The notes: generated from the letters alone by a model not told the origin. Numbered from the stretch's first letter, positions 30,621-41,869 are shown. The stretch is DNA of 63,973 nucleotides from Nitrospirota bacterium (GCA_013388435.1 JACAFE010000030.1:1-63973), one strand, 5' to 3'. Made by a program: numbers and translations.

Positions 30621-31739
30621 AAGTTTATTTATCTGGTTTTTCATCAAGAAACCTTTTAGTACAGGATTCCCTTCTCCTTTATACTGTATAATGACCTTAT
30701 GTGTTTCACCAATAGTACCTGGAAGAATCAGACGTTTTATTTTTGCTATTTCAAAAAGATAATCTTTTGAATTCTGATATAATTCAGAAATAATCCTGTC
30801 AATTCCGAGTGAAACAAGGTAAGTTCCCTGATTTGCAAAGCCAATTGTCTTAATCCCGATTTCCTCACCATATTTTTTAAGAGAAGAGAAATTAACATGA
30901 GCTGTAATATCCTGATTCCCTATATTTAAATAAGGATTTTCGATAAATTGATGTTGATAATAGCATAAAAGTGTCCCTCTGTTTCTTTCTTCACAGTAAT
31001 ATTCATGGGCAGGATAACCATAATCGATTGTTATTATAAAGCCTTCGATAAGAATATTATTAACTTCCTTAAGCCAATCTTTTACTTCTAAATTTATTTC
31101 AGTTCTATAGCCGTAAGGCAATGAAATAGAAAAATCTTCCATATATTTTTTTAAATCATTGGACGACAGACTATCTTTAATTTCAATAAAATTATTGTCA
31201 CCGTTAATAGTAACATATACTTCTTTTAATTCTTTTTCCATCTCGACCAGATGCACAGGGAATGCGTCTAAAAGCTCATTTGATAATATACAACCTTTAA
31301 TATTTTTCAATTCGTTAAGTGAAGAAATCCATGTAATTTTATCACTGAAACTTTTGAGTAATTTTTTTTGTTTATGCTTCATAAAAGGATGAGGTTCAAC
31401 TATTATATATTTAAGTGTGCCATATATCTCCTTATTCTTAAGATAATTAAGTATGTCATTGCACATATAACCTTCGCCGGCTCCCGGTTCTACTGAGTAA
31501 AAAGTTTTAGGTTTTCCCATAAATTCCCAAATTTCAATAAGTTGTTCCCCGAGCATTGCGCCGAAAGCAGGATGAAGATGCTGGCTTGTATAATAATCGC
31601 CTTCTCTCCCGATTTTTATTTTGTCAGAAGAATAGTAACCGAGTTCAGGTTCATAAAGAGCCATCTGCATAAAAGTTTTAAAAGTAATACGGCCCTCTCT
31701 GAGTATTAAATCTTTAATTTTTTTTTCAAGAATATTCAT
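30618..31739 (-). CDS. SAM-dependent methyltransferase, MidA/NDUFAF7 family
   Basis: Motifs FMQMALY..GYY, DYYTS, EPGAGEG, SNELLDAFP, IDYG and QDITAHVNF. Confidence 0.9.
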   Translation of the reverse strand: MNILEKKIKDLILREGRITFKTFMQMALYEPELGYYSSDKIKIGREGDYYTSQHLHPAFGAMLGEQLIEIWEFMGKPKTFYSVEPGAGEGYMCNDILNYLKNKEIYGTLKYIIVEPHPFMKHKQKKLLKSFSDKITWISSLNELKNIKGCILSNELLDAFPVHLVEMEKELKEVYVTINGDNNFIEIKDSLSSNDLKKYMEDFSISLPYGYRTEINLEVKDWLKEVNNILIEGFIITIDYGYPAHEYYCEERNRGTLLCYYQHQFIENPYLNIGNQDITAHVNFSSLKKYGEEIGIKTIGFANQGTYLVSLGIDRIISELYQNSKDYLFEIAKIKRLILPGTIGETHKVIIQYKGEGNPVLKGFLMKNQINKL

Positions 31740-31930
31740 ATAAATTCTATCTCAACAAAAATATTATCACCTTCTGAAAGTTCTCCATCAATACCAATTT
31801 CATTTCCCCATTTATCTTTCATAGATTTTATGTAAATACCTTTTTTTAATATACCCGCACTTATTAATGCGTGGCTGACTTTCATGCCCGGAATTATTTC
31901 AACTTCCTTATTGTTAACATAAACTATCAT
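31736..31930 (-). CDS. 64-aa hypothetical protein, ThiS/MoaD-like beta-grasp pattern without C-terminal GG
   Basis: Starts 1 nt after the upstream stop and overlaps the next start (ATGA). Sequence MIVYVNNKEVEI...LSEGDNIFV. Confidence 0.6.
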   Translation of the reverse strand: MIVYVNNKEVEIIPGMKVSHALISAGILKKGIYIKSMKDKWGNEIGIDGELSEGDNIFVEIEFI

Positions 31931-31931
31931 C

Positions 31932-33476
31932 TTATTTTACTGATATAATTCTTCCCTCTTTTACAGGATTAACTTCACCCTTTTTCAATATATACTCAAC
32001 TACAACATCCCTGAGCCATTTGCCCGGTTCATTATACGCGAGGTTTTTACTTTTAATTAAACTATTCGTAATTGAAAAATCTTTTGATGATATGAGAGCT
32101 TTACGAAAAACATTGTAACCATCACCACCTGCAACAAGAAAATCATTGGTTGCCACAGAATATTCTTTTTCCATATCAATGGGCCTGCCAGATATATTTA
32201 TAAGACTAACTCTTTCCCCGGGTCTTGCTTCAGGATTATATTTAAAAGTTATCCCAGAAATTTGGGGGAATCTGCCTTCATTTCTTTCAATCGCCGAGAC
32301 TCCGTGTTCCAATGCTTCTTTAATTTGTCTGCCTGTAAGTTTAATTGCAACGATATAATTATTAAAAGGAAGGACTGAATAAATATGCTTAACCTTTATT
32401 TCACCTTTCTTGATACCTGTTCTTATTGTTCCAGCATTAATTAATGCTGCATCTGCTCCGGCTGTTTCTTTAATAATATCAGCAATAAAATTTCCAAGAT
32501 TTGTTTCATCTCTTCTTACATTTTCTCCATCAAGATCTGTTAAGGCTATACCAATTGTTCTGTCAAGAACTTCGTCAACCTTTTTTTTATATTTTTCCAC
32601 TATAAATTGAACTTCTTTATCTTCCTGACCGGGAACTGGTTTGATCTCTTCAAGATAGCCGGTTGAATTTATTATTTTCCTGTCTTCTAAAATAATATCT
32701 ACTACACCGAGTGCTTTACCATGTTCCCACGCCTGTACAATTAATGTATTGTTAATTTTTTCAGGATTCGTAACCTTTGTATGTGAATGTCCTCCTACAA
32801 TTAAATCTATTCCATTAAGTTGTTTAGCAAGATTCCTATCATTAGAATATCCTGTATGAGAAAGTAGAATAATTATATCAACCTTATCTCTGATTTCATT
32901 TAGATATTTTGATACTGTTTCTTTAACAGATTTAAATTTTAAACCTGTTACATTACGCGGGTGAGTTGATTCAGGTGTATCTTCTGTTATAACACCAATA
33001 ATACCTACTTTTATCCCTGAGATATTTTTAATGGTGTAAGGTTGCAATGAATCAATACCTTCAATATTTGCTCCGAGCACCGGAAATAAAACATCTGATA
33101 TTCTTTTTTTTAGAATTTCCTGCCCAAAATCAAACTCATGATTCCCTGCAACCATTGCATCGAATTTCATTATATTCATTAATTCTGTAACAGATTCTCC
33201 ATAAAATAAATTAGCCCAATTATTTCCCTGAATCATATCGCCGGCAGCAAGTAGTAGCGAAGGCTTTTCATTTCTTAAAGAATTTATTTTTGATGCAAGA
33301 AAAGCAACGCCTCCTGAATATTTATCAGAACCAAATGGTTTATATGGTTCTGCAAATCCATGAAAGTCATTAATGTGCAGGATTCGTATTTCCTTAATTT
33401 CGGCAAATGTACTGGATAGAAATAATAAAATTAAGATTATCGTGAAGATATATAAAAATATATTCTTATATTTCAT
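31932..33476 (-). CDS. Exported 5'-nucleotidase / UDP-sugar hydrolase (UshA-like)
   Basis: Signal peptide and motifs NDFHG, AGD, GNHEFD, GGHSHT and FPQISG. Confidence 0.92.
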   Translation of the reverse strand: MKYKNIFLYIFTIILILLFLSSTFAEIKEIRILHINDFHGFAEPYKPFGSDKYSGGVAFLASKINSLRNEKPSLLLAAGDMIQGNNWANLFYGESVTELMNIMKFDAMVAGNHEFDFGQEILKKRISDVLFPVLGANIEGIDSLQPYTIKNISGIKVGIIGVITEDTPESTHPRNVTGLKFKSVKETVSKYLNEIRDKVDIIILLSHTGYSNDRNLAKQLNGIDLIVGGHSHTKVTNPEKINNTLIVQAWEHGKALGVVDIILEDRKIINSTGYLEEIKPVPGQEDKEVQFIVEKYKKKVDEVLDRTIGIALTDLDGENVRRDETNLGNFIADIIKETAGADAALINAGTIRTGIKKGEIKVKHIYSVLPFNNYIVAIKLTGRQIKEALEHGVSAIERNEGRFPQISGITFKYNPEARPGERVSLINISGRPIDMEKEYSVATNDFLVAGGDGYNVFRKALISSKDFSITNSLIKSKNLAYNEPGKWLRDVVVEYILKKGEVNPVKEGRIISVK

Positions 33477-33511
33477 AAATATTCCTCTCTGTTAGAACTG
33501 ATTAAGCATGT

Positions 33512-33549
33512 GAATTTCTATTGAGCAATTTGTGCATCTTTCGGGTTAA
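33512..33549 (-). repeat. Dispersed short intergenic repeat, copy 5 (begins at the nadA stop codon)
   Basis: GAATTTCTATTGAGCAATTTGTGCATCTTTCGGGTTAA matches copy 2 (GAATTTATTTTGAGCAACACCTGTATTATTTGGGTTAA) at about 28 of 38 positions. Confidence 0.5.
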
Positions 33550-34532
33550 CTTACTTCCAGCATTCTATCAAGGGCTTTACGAGCAGGAATTCGAATATAT
33601 TCTGGCACTTTAATAACAAAGGTATTTTCACTTAACGCTCTATAAATACTTTGCAATGTTGTCATTTTCATATTCGGGCATATCATATCTTTCCTGAGTG
33701 GATAGAATTTTTTATCAGGATTTTCTTTTCTCAAACGGTACATTAAACCAATTTCTGTGCCAACAACAAATTCTTTTTCAGAAGAAGACTTTGCAAATCG
33801 CAACATTCCCGAGGTACTCGTTACATGATCTGCCATTTCAAGAATATCGAGCCTGCATTCAGGGTGCGCCATTATTAATGCTTTTGGATGTTCTTTTCTT
33901 GCTCTTTTTATATCTTCAACTGTTACCCTTTCATGGACATGACAGAATCCGTCCCATGAAATAATTTTTTTCTTTGTGTGCTTTTGTGCCCAGGCTGAAA
34001 GGTTTCTATCAGGTACAGATATGACGATTTCTTCGGAAAGTGATTCAATAACTTTAATTATATTAGCCGAAGTACAACAGATAAAACTTTCGGCTTTAAT
34101 ATCAGCAGTAGTGTTTACATAAGAAACTATAGGTGCATCAGGATATTTTGACTGAATATCTCTAAGTGTATAATCTGCGGGAAATATAAAAGGAGGTGGA
34201 TTTTTAAAACCCGGAAAGCTTTTTCTTTCTATGCGCGGGGCATCAACATGTATCATATCTGCCATCGGGCAGCCAGCGTTTTTTTCTGTAAGAAGTACTG
34301 TCTTATCAGGATTCAGAATTGAAGCGCTCTCAGCCATAAAGTTTACACCCGCAAAAACAATCACATCACATTTAATCCCGGATGCGGTTCTCGAAAGTTC
34401 AAGAGAATCACCTGTAAAATCAGCTATCTCCTGGACTTCGTCCCGTTGATAATTATGTGCAAGAATTACTGCTTTTCTTTTTTCTTTGAGTTTTATGATT
34501 TTTTCGGTAAGCCTTAAATTGTCTGAGGGCAT
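33546..34532 (-). CDS. nadA: Quinolinate synthase
   Basis: Motifs LAHNYQ, GDSLEL, GVNFMAE, AGCPMA, YVNT, CCTS, CHVH, HPEC, STSGM and CPNM. Confidence 0.95.
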   Translation of the reverse strand: MPSDNLRLTEKIIKLKEKRKAVILAHNYQRDEVQEIADFTGDSLELSRTASGIKCDVIVFAGVNFMAESASILNPDKTVLLTEKNAGCPMADMIHVDAPRIERKSFPGFKNPPPFIFPADYTLRDIQSKYPDAPIVSYVNTTADIKAESFICCTSANIIKVIESLSEEIVISVPDRNLSAWAQKHTKKKIISWDGFCHVHERVTVEDIKRARKEHPKALIMAHPECRLDILEMADHVTSTSGMLRFAKSSSEKEFVVGTEIGLMYRLRKENPDKKFYPLRKDMICPNMKMTTLQSIYRALSENTFVIKVPEYIRIPARKALDRMLEVS

Positions 34533-35279
34533 TTAAAGTTTATTGGGATATTTCGCAAAAAAGGTTGAATTTGTGAACATAATCGTTCCGTCATCAAGAA
34601 CTATTTTATAAATAGGATCGGATTTTTTTACTTTCTTATCCTGTTTGTCCGGATTGTCTGAAGTATCGATTTGATATTGGGTTGGTCCATTATACAAAGA
34701 AAGGACCTTGTTAACATATTGTTTTGTTTCTGTTATCGGAGGCACATATCCGTATTTTTCGACTCTATTCGGACCTGCATTATATGCTGCAAGCGCAAGA
34801 GTAAGGTTACCATTGAACTTCTCTAAAAGATATTTCAGATATTTTACCCCGCCCTCTATATTTTCTTCAGGATCAAAAGGATTCCGCACATTAAGGTCAT
34901 TTGCTGTAGATGGCATTAATTGCATCAGTCCCATTGCTCCTTTTCTGGAAATTGCTCTGCTATTATAATTTGATTCGGTTTTAATAACAGCCTTAACGAG
35001 CGATGGATCAATATTATATGCACTGGCTTTTTCATGAATTATTTCATGATATTCAGCAGTCTGCACATTACTATATTTTTTTGTGCTTTGCGATTTCTCC
35101 TGAGTTGTCGTTTCATTTGAAGATTTCTGTTTGTCTTTATGTATTCTGTCAGCTTTTTTATTTAAAGGCAGGTCAGTATAACATATTACCCCGTTTTCAT
35201 CCACATATTTATATATGTCTGCATAAGCAGTCAACGATGTAATAATCATAAAAATAAAAGCAGAGATTAAAAGTTTCAT
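34533..35279 (-). CDS. Lytic transglycosylase (SLT domain) with N-terminal DUF4124-like segment
   Basis: Motifs IYKYVDENG, IKTESNYN, GAMGLMQLMP, AAYNAG and ETKQYV. Start placed at MKLL (signal peptide). Confidence 0.88.
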   Translation of the reverse strand: MKLLISAFIFMIITSLTAYADIYKYVDENGVICYTDLPLNKKADRIHKDKQKSSNETTTQEKSQSTKKYSNVQTAEYHEIIHEKASAYNIDPSLVKAVIKTESNYNSRAISRKGAMGLMQLMPSTANDLNVRNPFDPEENIEGGVKYLKYLLEKFNGNLTLALAAYNAGPNRVEKYGYVPPITETKQYVNKVLSLYNGPTQYQIDTSDNPDKQDKKVKKSDPIYKIVLDDGTIMFTNSTFFAKYPNKL

Positions 35280-35522
35280 ACTAAAAATATTATCATTCAA
35301 CTTTTTTTCTGTCAACTTTTTTACTCCATTCATAAAAAATGTGACAAATTTTTCCCATTTATAAGGAAAAAATGAAACAAAACTTTTAACTATTTTCTAT
35401 CTCAATTTCTATAACCTGTTGATTTTACAATATATTAATTCTATTTTCATAAATCCTTATATATTATAAAGCAATGTTTATGCCAGATAACTATGCATAT
35501 AGTTAAATTGTCCTGCTATTAT

Positions 35523-36818
35523 TTATACTGTATTGAAAATATTTTCTACTAATCCCTCTGGAGTCGAAGGTATTTTAACTGCTGGTATTCCTGTAGCTTC
35601 CTTAAGGTCACTTAAAGTAACATCGTCAAGAAATTTATCATCCGAGTTTAAAGTTACATCTGGTACAAATATTTTATCATATCCATCTGTTTTATCCATA
35701 ATTGTTTTGATAACATCCCTTCCGGAAATCAAGCCTGCAACAGTAATTGATGGCCCCAGAAATCTGTTTTCAACTTCAAGTAAATCAATAGAAATCTTCT
35801 CTTTTTCTTTAAGTCTTTCAATAAATTTATTAAGGAATGGATAAAAAGAAGTTCCTGTGAAAGTAAGAAACTTCTTTCCCTGAATGAATGTTCTGTTTAT
35901 TTTGAGTTTTTTCGCCTGATTAAGAAATAAAGGCACCATACCTACTCCATTTTCAAGCTGGTAAAGCTCTCTATATTCTTTTAATGGAGGAAAAGGTTTT
36001 TCAGCTTTTAAATATAATTCGTCAGCTCCATAAACTATCGGCGTGCCATGTTTTTTTATAAACCTCTTCTGAAAATATTCAATTGTTTTTAAAGCATTTT
36101 TTGCGTCTATCTTTCCAACAGGATTGAGATTATATTTATGGTATATGGTTAACCCAACAGGTACAACAGCAATAGACAGAAGATAAGGATAAAATTTAAA
36201 TAGATTATTAATAGTCTGATGCAATTCTTTGCCATCATTATAGCCGGGACAAAGAACAATTTGAGCATTAAAACGTATTTTATTATCAGCAAAAAATTTT
36301 AATTCTTTCATTATATCGGGTCCTTTGGGATTCCCGATAAGTTTGTTTCTGATCGCTTTATTTGTTGAATGAACGGAAATATAAAGAGGACTTAACCTCT
36401 GTTCTATTATGCGTTTCTTATCTTCTTTGGTGATATTCGATAGTGTTATATAGTTTCCGTATAGAAATGACAATCTATAATCTTCATCTTTTACATATAA
36501 AGTCTTCCTCAAGCCTTTCGGAAGTTGTTTGACAAAACAAAATATGCAATTATTTCTGCATGTGCGAACCCTAAAAGGCTTGAATTCAAGGCCAAATCCT
36601 ATATCATCCCTTCTTTTTATTATGATATTCTGTATCTTTTCATTGCGTTTAAATTCAATATTTAAAATATCATCAGAACTGTAGAACATAAAATCAACCG
36701 GATCTTTTATTGTGTGGGAATTGACAGATAATATAATATCTCCCGGTTGCATTCCGAATTGTTCAGCAAGGCTGTTGCTTTCTATTTTACTTATTTCTAT
36801 ACCTTTTTCAGACCGCAT
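35523..36818 (-). CDS. PDZ + DUF512 putative radical SAM protein
   Basis: N-terminal PDZ (GDIILSVN) and motifs CRNNCIFCF, KDEDYRLSF, ENGVG and VAGLISG. Confidence 0.88.
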   Translation of the reverse strand: MRSEKGIEISKIESNSLAEQFGMQPGDIILSVNSHTIKDPVDFMFYSSDDILNIEFKRNEKIQNIIIKRRDDIGFGLEFKPFRVRTCRNNCIFCFVKQLPKGLRKTLYVKDEDYRLSFLYGNYITLSNITKEDKKRIIEQRLSPLYISVHSTNKAIRNKLIGNPKGPDIMKELKFFADNKIRFNAQIVLCPGYNDGKELHQTINNLFKFYPYLLSIAVVPVGLTIYHKYNLNPVGKIDAKNALKTIEYFQKRFIKKHGTPIVYGADELYLKAEKPFPPLKEYRELYQLENGVGMVPLFLNQAKKLKINRTFIQGKKFLTFTGTSFYPFLNKFIERLKEKEKISIDLLEVENRFLGPSITVAGLISGRDVIKTIMDKTDGYDKIFVPDVTLNSDDKFLDDVTLSDLKEATGIPAVKIPSTPEGLVENIFNTV

Positions 36819-37347
36819 GTGTTAACTTCAAACCTTTGTAAATATAATCCAGCCCGGATATTATTGTGACACAGGCTGTTAAAATAAAGAATAATTCAGT
36901 GAATCCCCCGACCAGCGGAATATTAATGTTTATAAGTATATATGCAATAAGCAAACTCTGAACCCATATGGTTGCTTTTCCGATAATTGACGGTTCAACC
37001 TTTGCTGTTCCTGAAGTAAAATAAATAATCAACCATCCTGTTATAACTATTACATCCCTGCTTATAATTATTATTGTAAGCCACGTTGGTATCCAGCCAT
37101 AAACTGTAAATACAATAAAAGATGTAACAAGAAGAAATTTATCGGCTAATGGGTCAAGAAATGTGCCGAGTTGAGTTTTCTGATTTGTTATACGGGCAAA
37201 AAGTCCGTCAAATAGATCGGTAAGAGCCGCAATTACAAACAAATATAAAGAATAATTGTAATGTTTATATATTATAGAAGTAATAAATACAGGTATAATT
37301 AAAATACGAGCAACAGTAAGTGTGTTAGGTATATTTAAAACCCCCAT
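36808..37347 (-). CDS. pgsA: CDP-alcohol phosphatidyltransferase (PgsA-like)
   Basis: PNTLT and TDLFDGLFAR...LGTFLDPLADK signature. Confidence 0.85.
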   Translation of the reverse strand: MGVLNIPNTLTVARILIIPVFITSIIYKHYNYSLYLFVIAALTDLFDGLFARITNQKTQLGTFLDPLADKFLLVTSFIVFTVYGWIPTWLTIIIISRDVIVITGWLIIYFTSGTAKVEPSIIGKATIWVQSLLIAYILININIPLVGGFTELFFILTACVTIISGLDYIYKGLKLTHAV

Positions 37348-37362
37348 AAAACTCCCGATAAA

Positions 37363-38475
37363 TTAAGGTATATTGAACGGTATCTCTCTCAAATTAAGTT
37401 CGATGCCGAGATTTTTATAACAGGATAAATTTAAACCACTTTTTTTAAGTATAGATTTTAAAGTATTTGCATAACATTTTTCTATAGCAAATTTGTATTT
37501 GATTGTGTCATTAAATGCTTCTTCAATATATTTTTCAGCCAACAGTTTATTTCCTTTAAGCAATGATAGTTCTCCTCTGGCAAGTTTGCAGTAAATCAAA
37601 CCGCGCGGATCTTTTGTCTTTTTAAAATTTGAAATTGCTTTATTGAAAAACTCATCTGCTTCTTTGTAATTCCCGATCATTTTATGTGAAGTTCCAATTC
37701 CCCAGAGAGTATATGAATAACTTACAATATCTCCAATCTTCTCATATATTTTTGAGGCTTTTCTAAAAAACTCGAATGCTTTTTTAAAGTCTAACAACAT
37801 TCTATAAGCATTACCAATTCCGCAATAAGAATATGCGATTCCAAATTTGTCTTTTAATTCTGTGAATATCTTATTGGCAGCTTTGTAATATTTCAGCGAA
37901 TCAGAAAATTTGCCTGCAATCCTCGAAGCTCCGCCGAGACCACACATACAATACCCTGTGCCGTGCTTATCTTTTAATGATTCAAATAATTTCCTTGATT
38001 CTAAAAAAGTCTCAATTGCTTTTTTAATATCTCCTTTGATTCTGTATGTGCCGGCTTCAGCCCAGAGCGTAAAAGCAAGCCCTTCGATATCATTTTTCTT
38101 TATATAATATTTTTTGGATTTATTTATATGAAAAAGAGCATCTTTCCAGTTTCCAAGAGCACGCATAGATAGCCCTAAGCCAACTTCAGCATCAGCTCTT
38201 TTGACATCATAATCTTCGGAATTGGAGACATTTATTGCTGCAAGATAATTGTCCGCGGCAAGGCTAAAATTTCCTATCATCCTGTAAACATCGCCGATTG
38301 CGGCATGGCAACAAAATAAACCTGCGCTATCATTCAGAGTTGCATATCTCTTTAAAGCTTTCCTGAAAAAAGAAAGAGATTCTTTATATTGACATTTTTT
38401 TCTTAATGATTCCGCTTTGTTAAAGATTTTAATTGTCGCCTGCGATTTTTCTGATTTTTTTGATGAATTTTTCAT
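37363..38475 (-). CDS. TPR/NSF-type helical repeat protein
   Basis: Repeated G.AY..C.LG...R..G units. The true start is uncertain because the ORF overlaps rpe by 47 bp. Confidence 0.75.
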   Translation of the reverse strand: MKNSSKKSEKSQATIKIFNKAESLRKKCQYKESLSFFRKALKRYATLNDSAGLFCCHAAIGDVYRMIGNFSLAADNYLAAINVSNSEDYDVKRADAEVGLGLSMRALGNWKDALFHINKSKKYYIKKNDIEGLAFTLWAEAGTYRIKGDIKKAIETFLESRKLFESLKDKHGTGYCMCGLGGASRIAGKFSDSLKYYKAANKIFTELKDKFGIAYSYCGIGNAYRMLLDFKKAFEFFRKASKIYEKIGDIVSYSYTLWGIGTSHKMIGNYKEADEFFNKAISNFKKTKDPRGLIYCKLARGELSLLKGNKLLAEKYIEEAFNDTIKYKFAIEKCYANTLKSILKKSGLNLSCYKNLGIELNLREIPFNIP

Positions 38476-39088
38476 AGTCTCCTGATTTAAAAAATGCCGA
38501 ACCCATTACAAGAATATCAGCGCCTGCTGAAATTACCTCATATGCATTATCAGTTCCTATTCCTCCGTCAACTTCTATTAAAGCATTAGAATTCTTTTTC
38601 ACAATAAGATCTTTCAACCTTTTTATCTTATCTGTGGACTGTGTAATATATTTCTGACCTCCAAATCCCGGATTAACTGACATTATGAGAACCATGTCAA
38701 TATCATTAATTATTTCTTCAAGACAATTAACAGGAGTCGAAGGATTTAATGATACCCCTGCTTTAATGCCTTTTTCTTTTATATGCTGTATTGTCCTGTG
38801 CAGATGTATAACAGCCTCATAATGCACAGTTAGAAAATCAGCTCCTGCATCTATAAAATTCTGAAGATAATTATCAGGCTTTTCAATCATAAGATGAACA
38901 TCCAGAGGAAGTCCAGTAATACCATTTACAGCTTCAACAATAGCTGGACCAATAGTTATATTTGGTACAAAATGACCATCCATAACATCAACATGTATTA
39001 AATCCGCACCTGCCAATTCGGCTGATTTAATATCCTCTCCTAAACGCAAAAAATCCGCTGACAGAATCGATGGAGCTATCTTTAACAT
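38429..39088 (-). CDS. rpe: Ribulose-phosphate 3-epimerase
   Basis: Motifs [36 protein letters not shown] and EVDGG. Confidence 0.96.
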   Translation of the reverse strand: MLKIAPSILSADFLRLGEDIKSAELAGADLIHVDVMDGHFVPNITIGPAIVEAVNGITGLPLDVHLMIEKPDNYLQNFIDAGADFLTVHYEAVIHLHRTIQHIKEKGIKAGVSLNPSTPVNCLEEIINDIDMVLIMSVNPGFGGQKYITQSTDKIKRLKDLIVKKNSNALIEVDGGIGTDNAYEVISAGADILVMGSAFFKSGDYEKFIKKIRKIAGDN

Positions 39089-39129
39089 ATTACCCCCGTA
39101 TTTTTTCAGGATATATAATAAATAGAAAC

Positions 39130-39822
39130 TTAGATTAGCTTCAAGTAAATTGTATCACCGGTTTTTATCTGTCTTCCCGGCTCGGGATTTTGTGATTCAA
39201 TAATTTCACCTTCACCGTCTGTTATAAGTTTTAAATTAAGTTTAGTTATTAGAAATTTTGCTTGTTCAATTGTCATACCCTTGAAATTAGGACAAAAATA
39301 TATTTTTTCATAAGGTCCAGCACTTACGATTATTGTAATTGTATCGCTAACAGGGTCATTTGGTTCAGGTCGCTGGGCTATTATAAAATCTTTTTCAACA
39401 ATATCCGAATGTACTGCAATTATTTTGCCAAATTTAAGTCCTTTGTTAGTAATCATGGATTCAGCGTTTCCAATGGTTTCATTTACAAGCAATGGAACAG
39501 AGTTGATTCGTGGCCCCTTGCTTATTACAACTTTTATACCTCTGCGTTCTTTGACTTTATTTCCAGCAGGCACATCCTGTTTGATTATTTTACCCTGAGG
39601 AATGTCAGGGTCATAATCCTCTCCTTCTATCTTCAAGTATAATCCTATATCATTTAAATATTTATTTGCTTCAACAAGATTTTTTCCTCTAAGATCTGGC
39701 ACCTCTACAGTTCTACTGAAACTCAACATTTTAAATGTTATAAAGCCAAAAAAAAGCCCGAGTAATACGAAAGAAAATATATATAATGGAAATCTTAACA
39801 GGTTGCTAATTTCTTTTTTCAT
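39130..39822 (-). CDS. Membrane-anchored PASTA-domain protein
   Basis: N-terminal TM helix and three PASTA-like repeats (VPDLRG, VPLLVN, CPNFKG). Confidence 0.85.
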   Translation of the reverse strand: MKKEISNLLRFPLYIFSFVLLGLFFGFITFKMLSFSRTVEVPDLRGKNLVEANKYLNDIGLYLKIEGEDYDPDIPQGKIIKQDVPAGNKVKERRGIKVVISKGPRINSVPLLVNETIGNAESMITNKGLKFGKIIAVHSDIVEKDFIIAQRPEPNDPVSDTITIIVSAGPYEKIYFCPNFKGMTIEQAKFLITKLNLKLITDGEGEIIESQNPEPGRQIKTGDTIYLKLI

Positions 39823-40349
39823 TATTTATGCGCAAAAAACCTTACAGCTTCCTTTATTTTTTCGATATTTACCTTTGTATTTATACATGGCCCGAATGGT
39901 CTTTCATTCGGGATACCTATAACAGGCATTGGATAAATATCTGCAATGCCACTGCTTAAATCATTTTCGCATGCTACTGCAATAACAGCTTCGGGTTTGA
40001 CATCATGAATTATTCTTCTTGCCAGTGATCCTCCAGTTGCAATAAATATTTCAAGTCCGCTTTCTTCGGCTAAAAAAATTAAATCCTTTATCGTGCATTT
40101 TCCACAACGTTTACAGTTGTTTATATTATACGTTAATCTTATATCACACTCATTGATCTGAAGACAATGAGGAAGAAGGAGGAGTATTTTCTGGGGTATT
40201 GGTTTTTCTTTTATTACAAGTTTGTTATTAAGCCCGATAATAAAATTCTGATAATTCTCTTTTTTGCTCTTTATAAATGAACCTGCCAGCATAAAAAGAG
40301 GGTAAAGAATTTTCAGAGTAAATCCCCTTGCAAACTTAAATATTGTCAA
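39822..40349 (-). CDS. DUF116-family protein
   Basis: LLPHCLQ..C...C.RCGKC, IATGG..AR, AVACENDL and GPC. Confidence 0.85.
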   Translation of the reverse strand: MTIFKFARGFTLKILYPLFMLAGSFIKSKKENYQNFIIGLNNKLVIKEKPIPQKILLLLPHCLQINECDIRLTYNINNCKRCGKCTIKDLIFLAEESGLEIFIATGGSLARRIIHDVKPEAVIAVACENDLSSGIADIYPMPVIGIPNERPFGPCINTKVNIEKIKEAVRFFAHK

Positions 40350-41268
40350 AGAAGTCGCCTTCTTTCAATCTTCTACCAATTATGAAATCTTTTGAATTCA
40401 TTTTTCTTTTCCCTTCAGGTTGAAGTTCGAGAATTTCGATAAGACCTTCACCTGTACCGATAATCAGTTTATCTGAAATATTTTCTATCCTTCCTGGAAT
40501 ACTTTTCCCATCAACAGGTTTAACATTTATAATTTTTATTCTTTCATTTTTTAAAAAACTGAAAGCTCCCGGCCATGGATACATACCACGCACAAAATTC
40601 CAGATATCTTTTGCTTTTGCATCCCATTTAATTCTTCCGTCTTCTTTTTTAAGAGGAGGCGCATAAGAAGGCATACCATGCTGGGGAACAGGTTTTAGGG
40701 AGCCTGATTTAAGACCTTCAATGGTTTTGATTAATAAAGATGCGCCTTTCATGGAAAGCTTCTTACTTAGAGTTTCAGAATTATCACTTTCCAAAATTTC
40801 GAGACTTTCTTGCATAAGAATGTCTCCGGTATCCAGTCCTTCATTCATTAACATTGTGGTCACACCGGTTTCTTTTTCACCTTTTATAATCGCCCATTGA
40901 ATTGGCGCAGCACCTCGATACTTCGGAAGAATAGATGCATGAACATTAATACATCCAAAATGTGGCAATTTCAGAATCTGCGGAGGCAGTATTTTCCCGT
41001 AAGCTACAACCACAATTATATCAGGTTTAAGTTGAAATAATTCACTAATAAATACAGGGTCTTTTATTTTTTCAGGTTGTAAGACCCTAATATTTTCACT
41101 TATTGCAAGTTCTTTAACAGGTGGCGGAGAAAGATGTCCCGAACGGCTTCTTCTCCTGTCAACTTGTGTAACTACTGCAAGCACTTTATTGTCCGAAGCA
41201 ATAAGTGCCTTAAGAGAAGGTATAGCAAATTGAGGTGTGCCAAAAAATACGATTTGCATAAATTTCAA
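40336..41268 (-). CDS. fmt: Methionyl-tRNA formyltransferase
   Basis: Motifs FFGTPQFA, VVAYGKIL, INVHASILPKYRGAAP and LDTGD. Confidence 0.96.
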   Translation of the reverse strand: MKFMQIVFFGTPQFAIPSLKALIASDNKVLAVVTQVDRRRSRSGHLSPPPVKELAISENIRVLQPEKIKDPVFISELFQLKPDIIVVVAYGKILPPQILKLPHFGCINVHASILPKYRGAAPIQWAIIKGEKETGVTTMLMNEGLDTGDILMQESLEILESDNSETLSKKLSMKGASLLIKTIEGLKSGSLKPVPQHGMPSYAPPLKKEDGRIKWDAKAKDIWNFVRGMYPWPGAFSFLKNERIKIINVKPVDGKSIPGRIENISDKLIIGTGEGLIEILELQPEGKRKMNSKDFIIGRRLKEGDFFDNI

Positions 41269-41297
41269 TAAACTACAAATAAGAACAGTGCATTGAA

Positions 41298-41819
41298 TTA
41301 TTTATCGGTTTTTATTTTTCTTATATCTCTCAAATATTTTCTTTTAAAAAATTCTCTTTTAATGGGACTCATCCTGTCAAACATTAACATACCTTCAAGA
41401 TGGTCTATTTCATGCTGTAATGCTCGAGCAAGCAGCCCGCTTGCTTCAAGTTCAAAGGGCTTCCCTTCACGATTTAAACCTTTAACAAAGACTTTTTCAG
41501 CCCTTTTTATTGAAGACATATAGCCCGGCAAACTCAGACATCCTTCTTCTGCATCAATAGCACCCTCGGACTCAACTATAACAGGATTAATAAGAATTAT
41601 AACAGGTATTTTATTGTCTTCTTTTATGCTAAGGTCAATAACACATAACCTTTGAGATATTCCAACCTGGTTAGCAGCAAGCCCGAGTCCTCTAACATTA
41701 TGCATTGTTTCAAGCATGTCATCAATGAGTTTTTGTGTATTCCCATCAATATTTGATAATTCCTGTGTCTTTTGTTTTAGAACTTTATCAGGATATTTTT
41801 TAATTTCAAGTAAAGCCAT
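41298..41819 (-). CDS. def: Peptide deformylase
   Basis: Motifs GLGLAANQ, EGCLS and QHEIDH. Confidence 0.97.
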   Translation of the reverse strand: MALLEIKKYPDKVLKQKTQELSNIDGNTQKLIDDMLETMHNVRGLGLAANQVGISQRLCVIDLSIKEDNKIPVIILINPVIVESEGAIDAEEGCLSLPGYMSSIKRAEKVFVKGLNREGKPFELEASGLLARALQHEIDHLEGMLMFDRMSPIKREFFKRKYLRDIRKIKTDK

Positions 41820-41869
41820 AAACTATTATAATCTAAAATATAATGTTTTTTTAATATTTAAGAAAAGTT

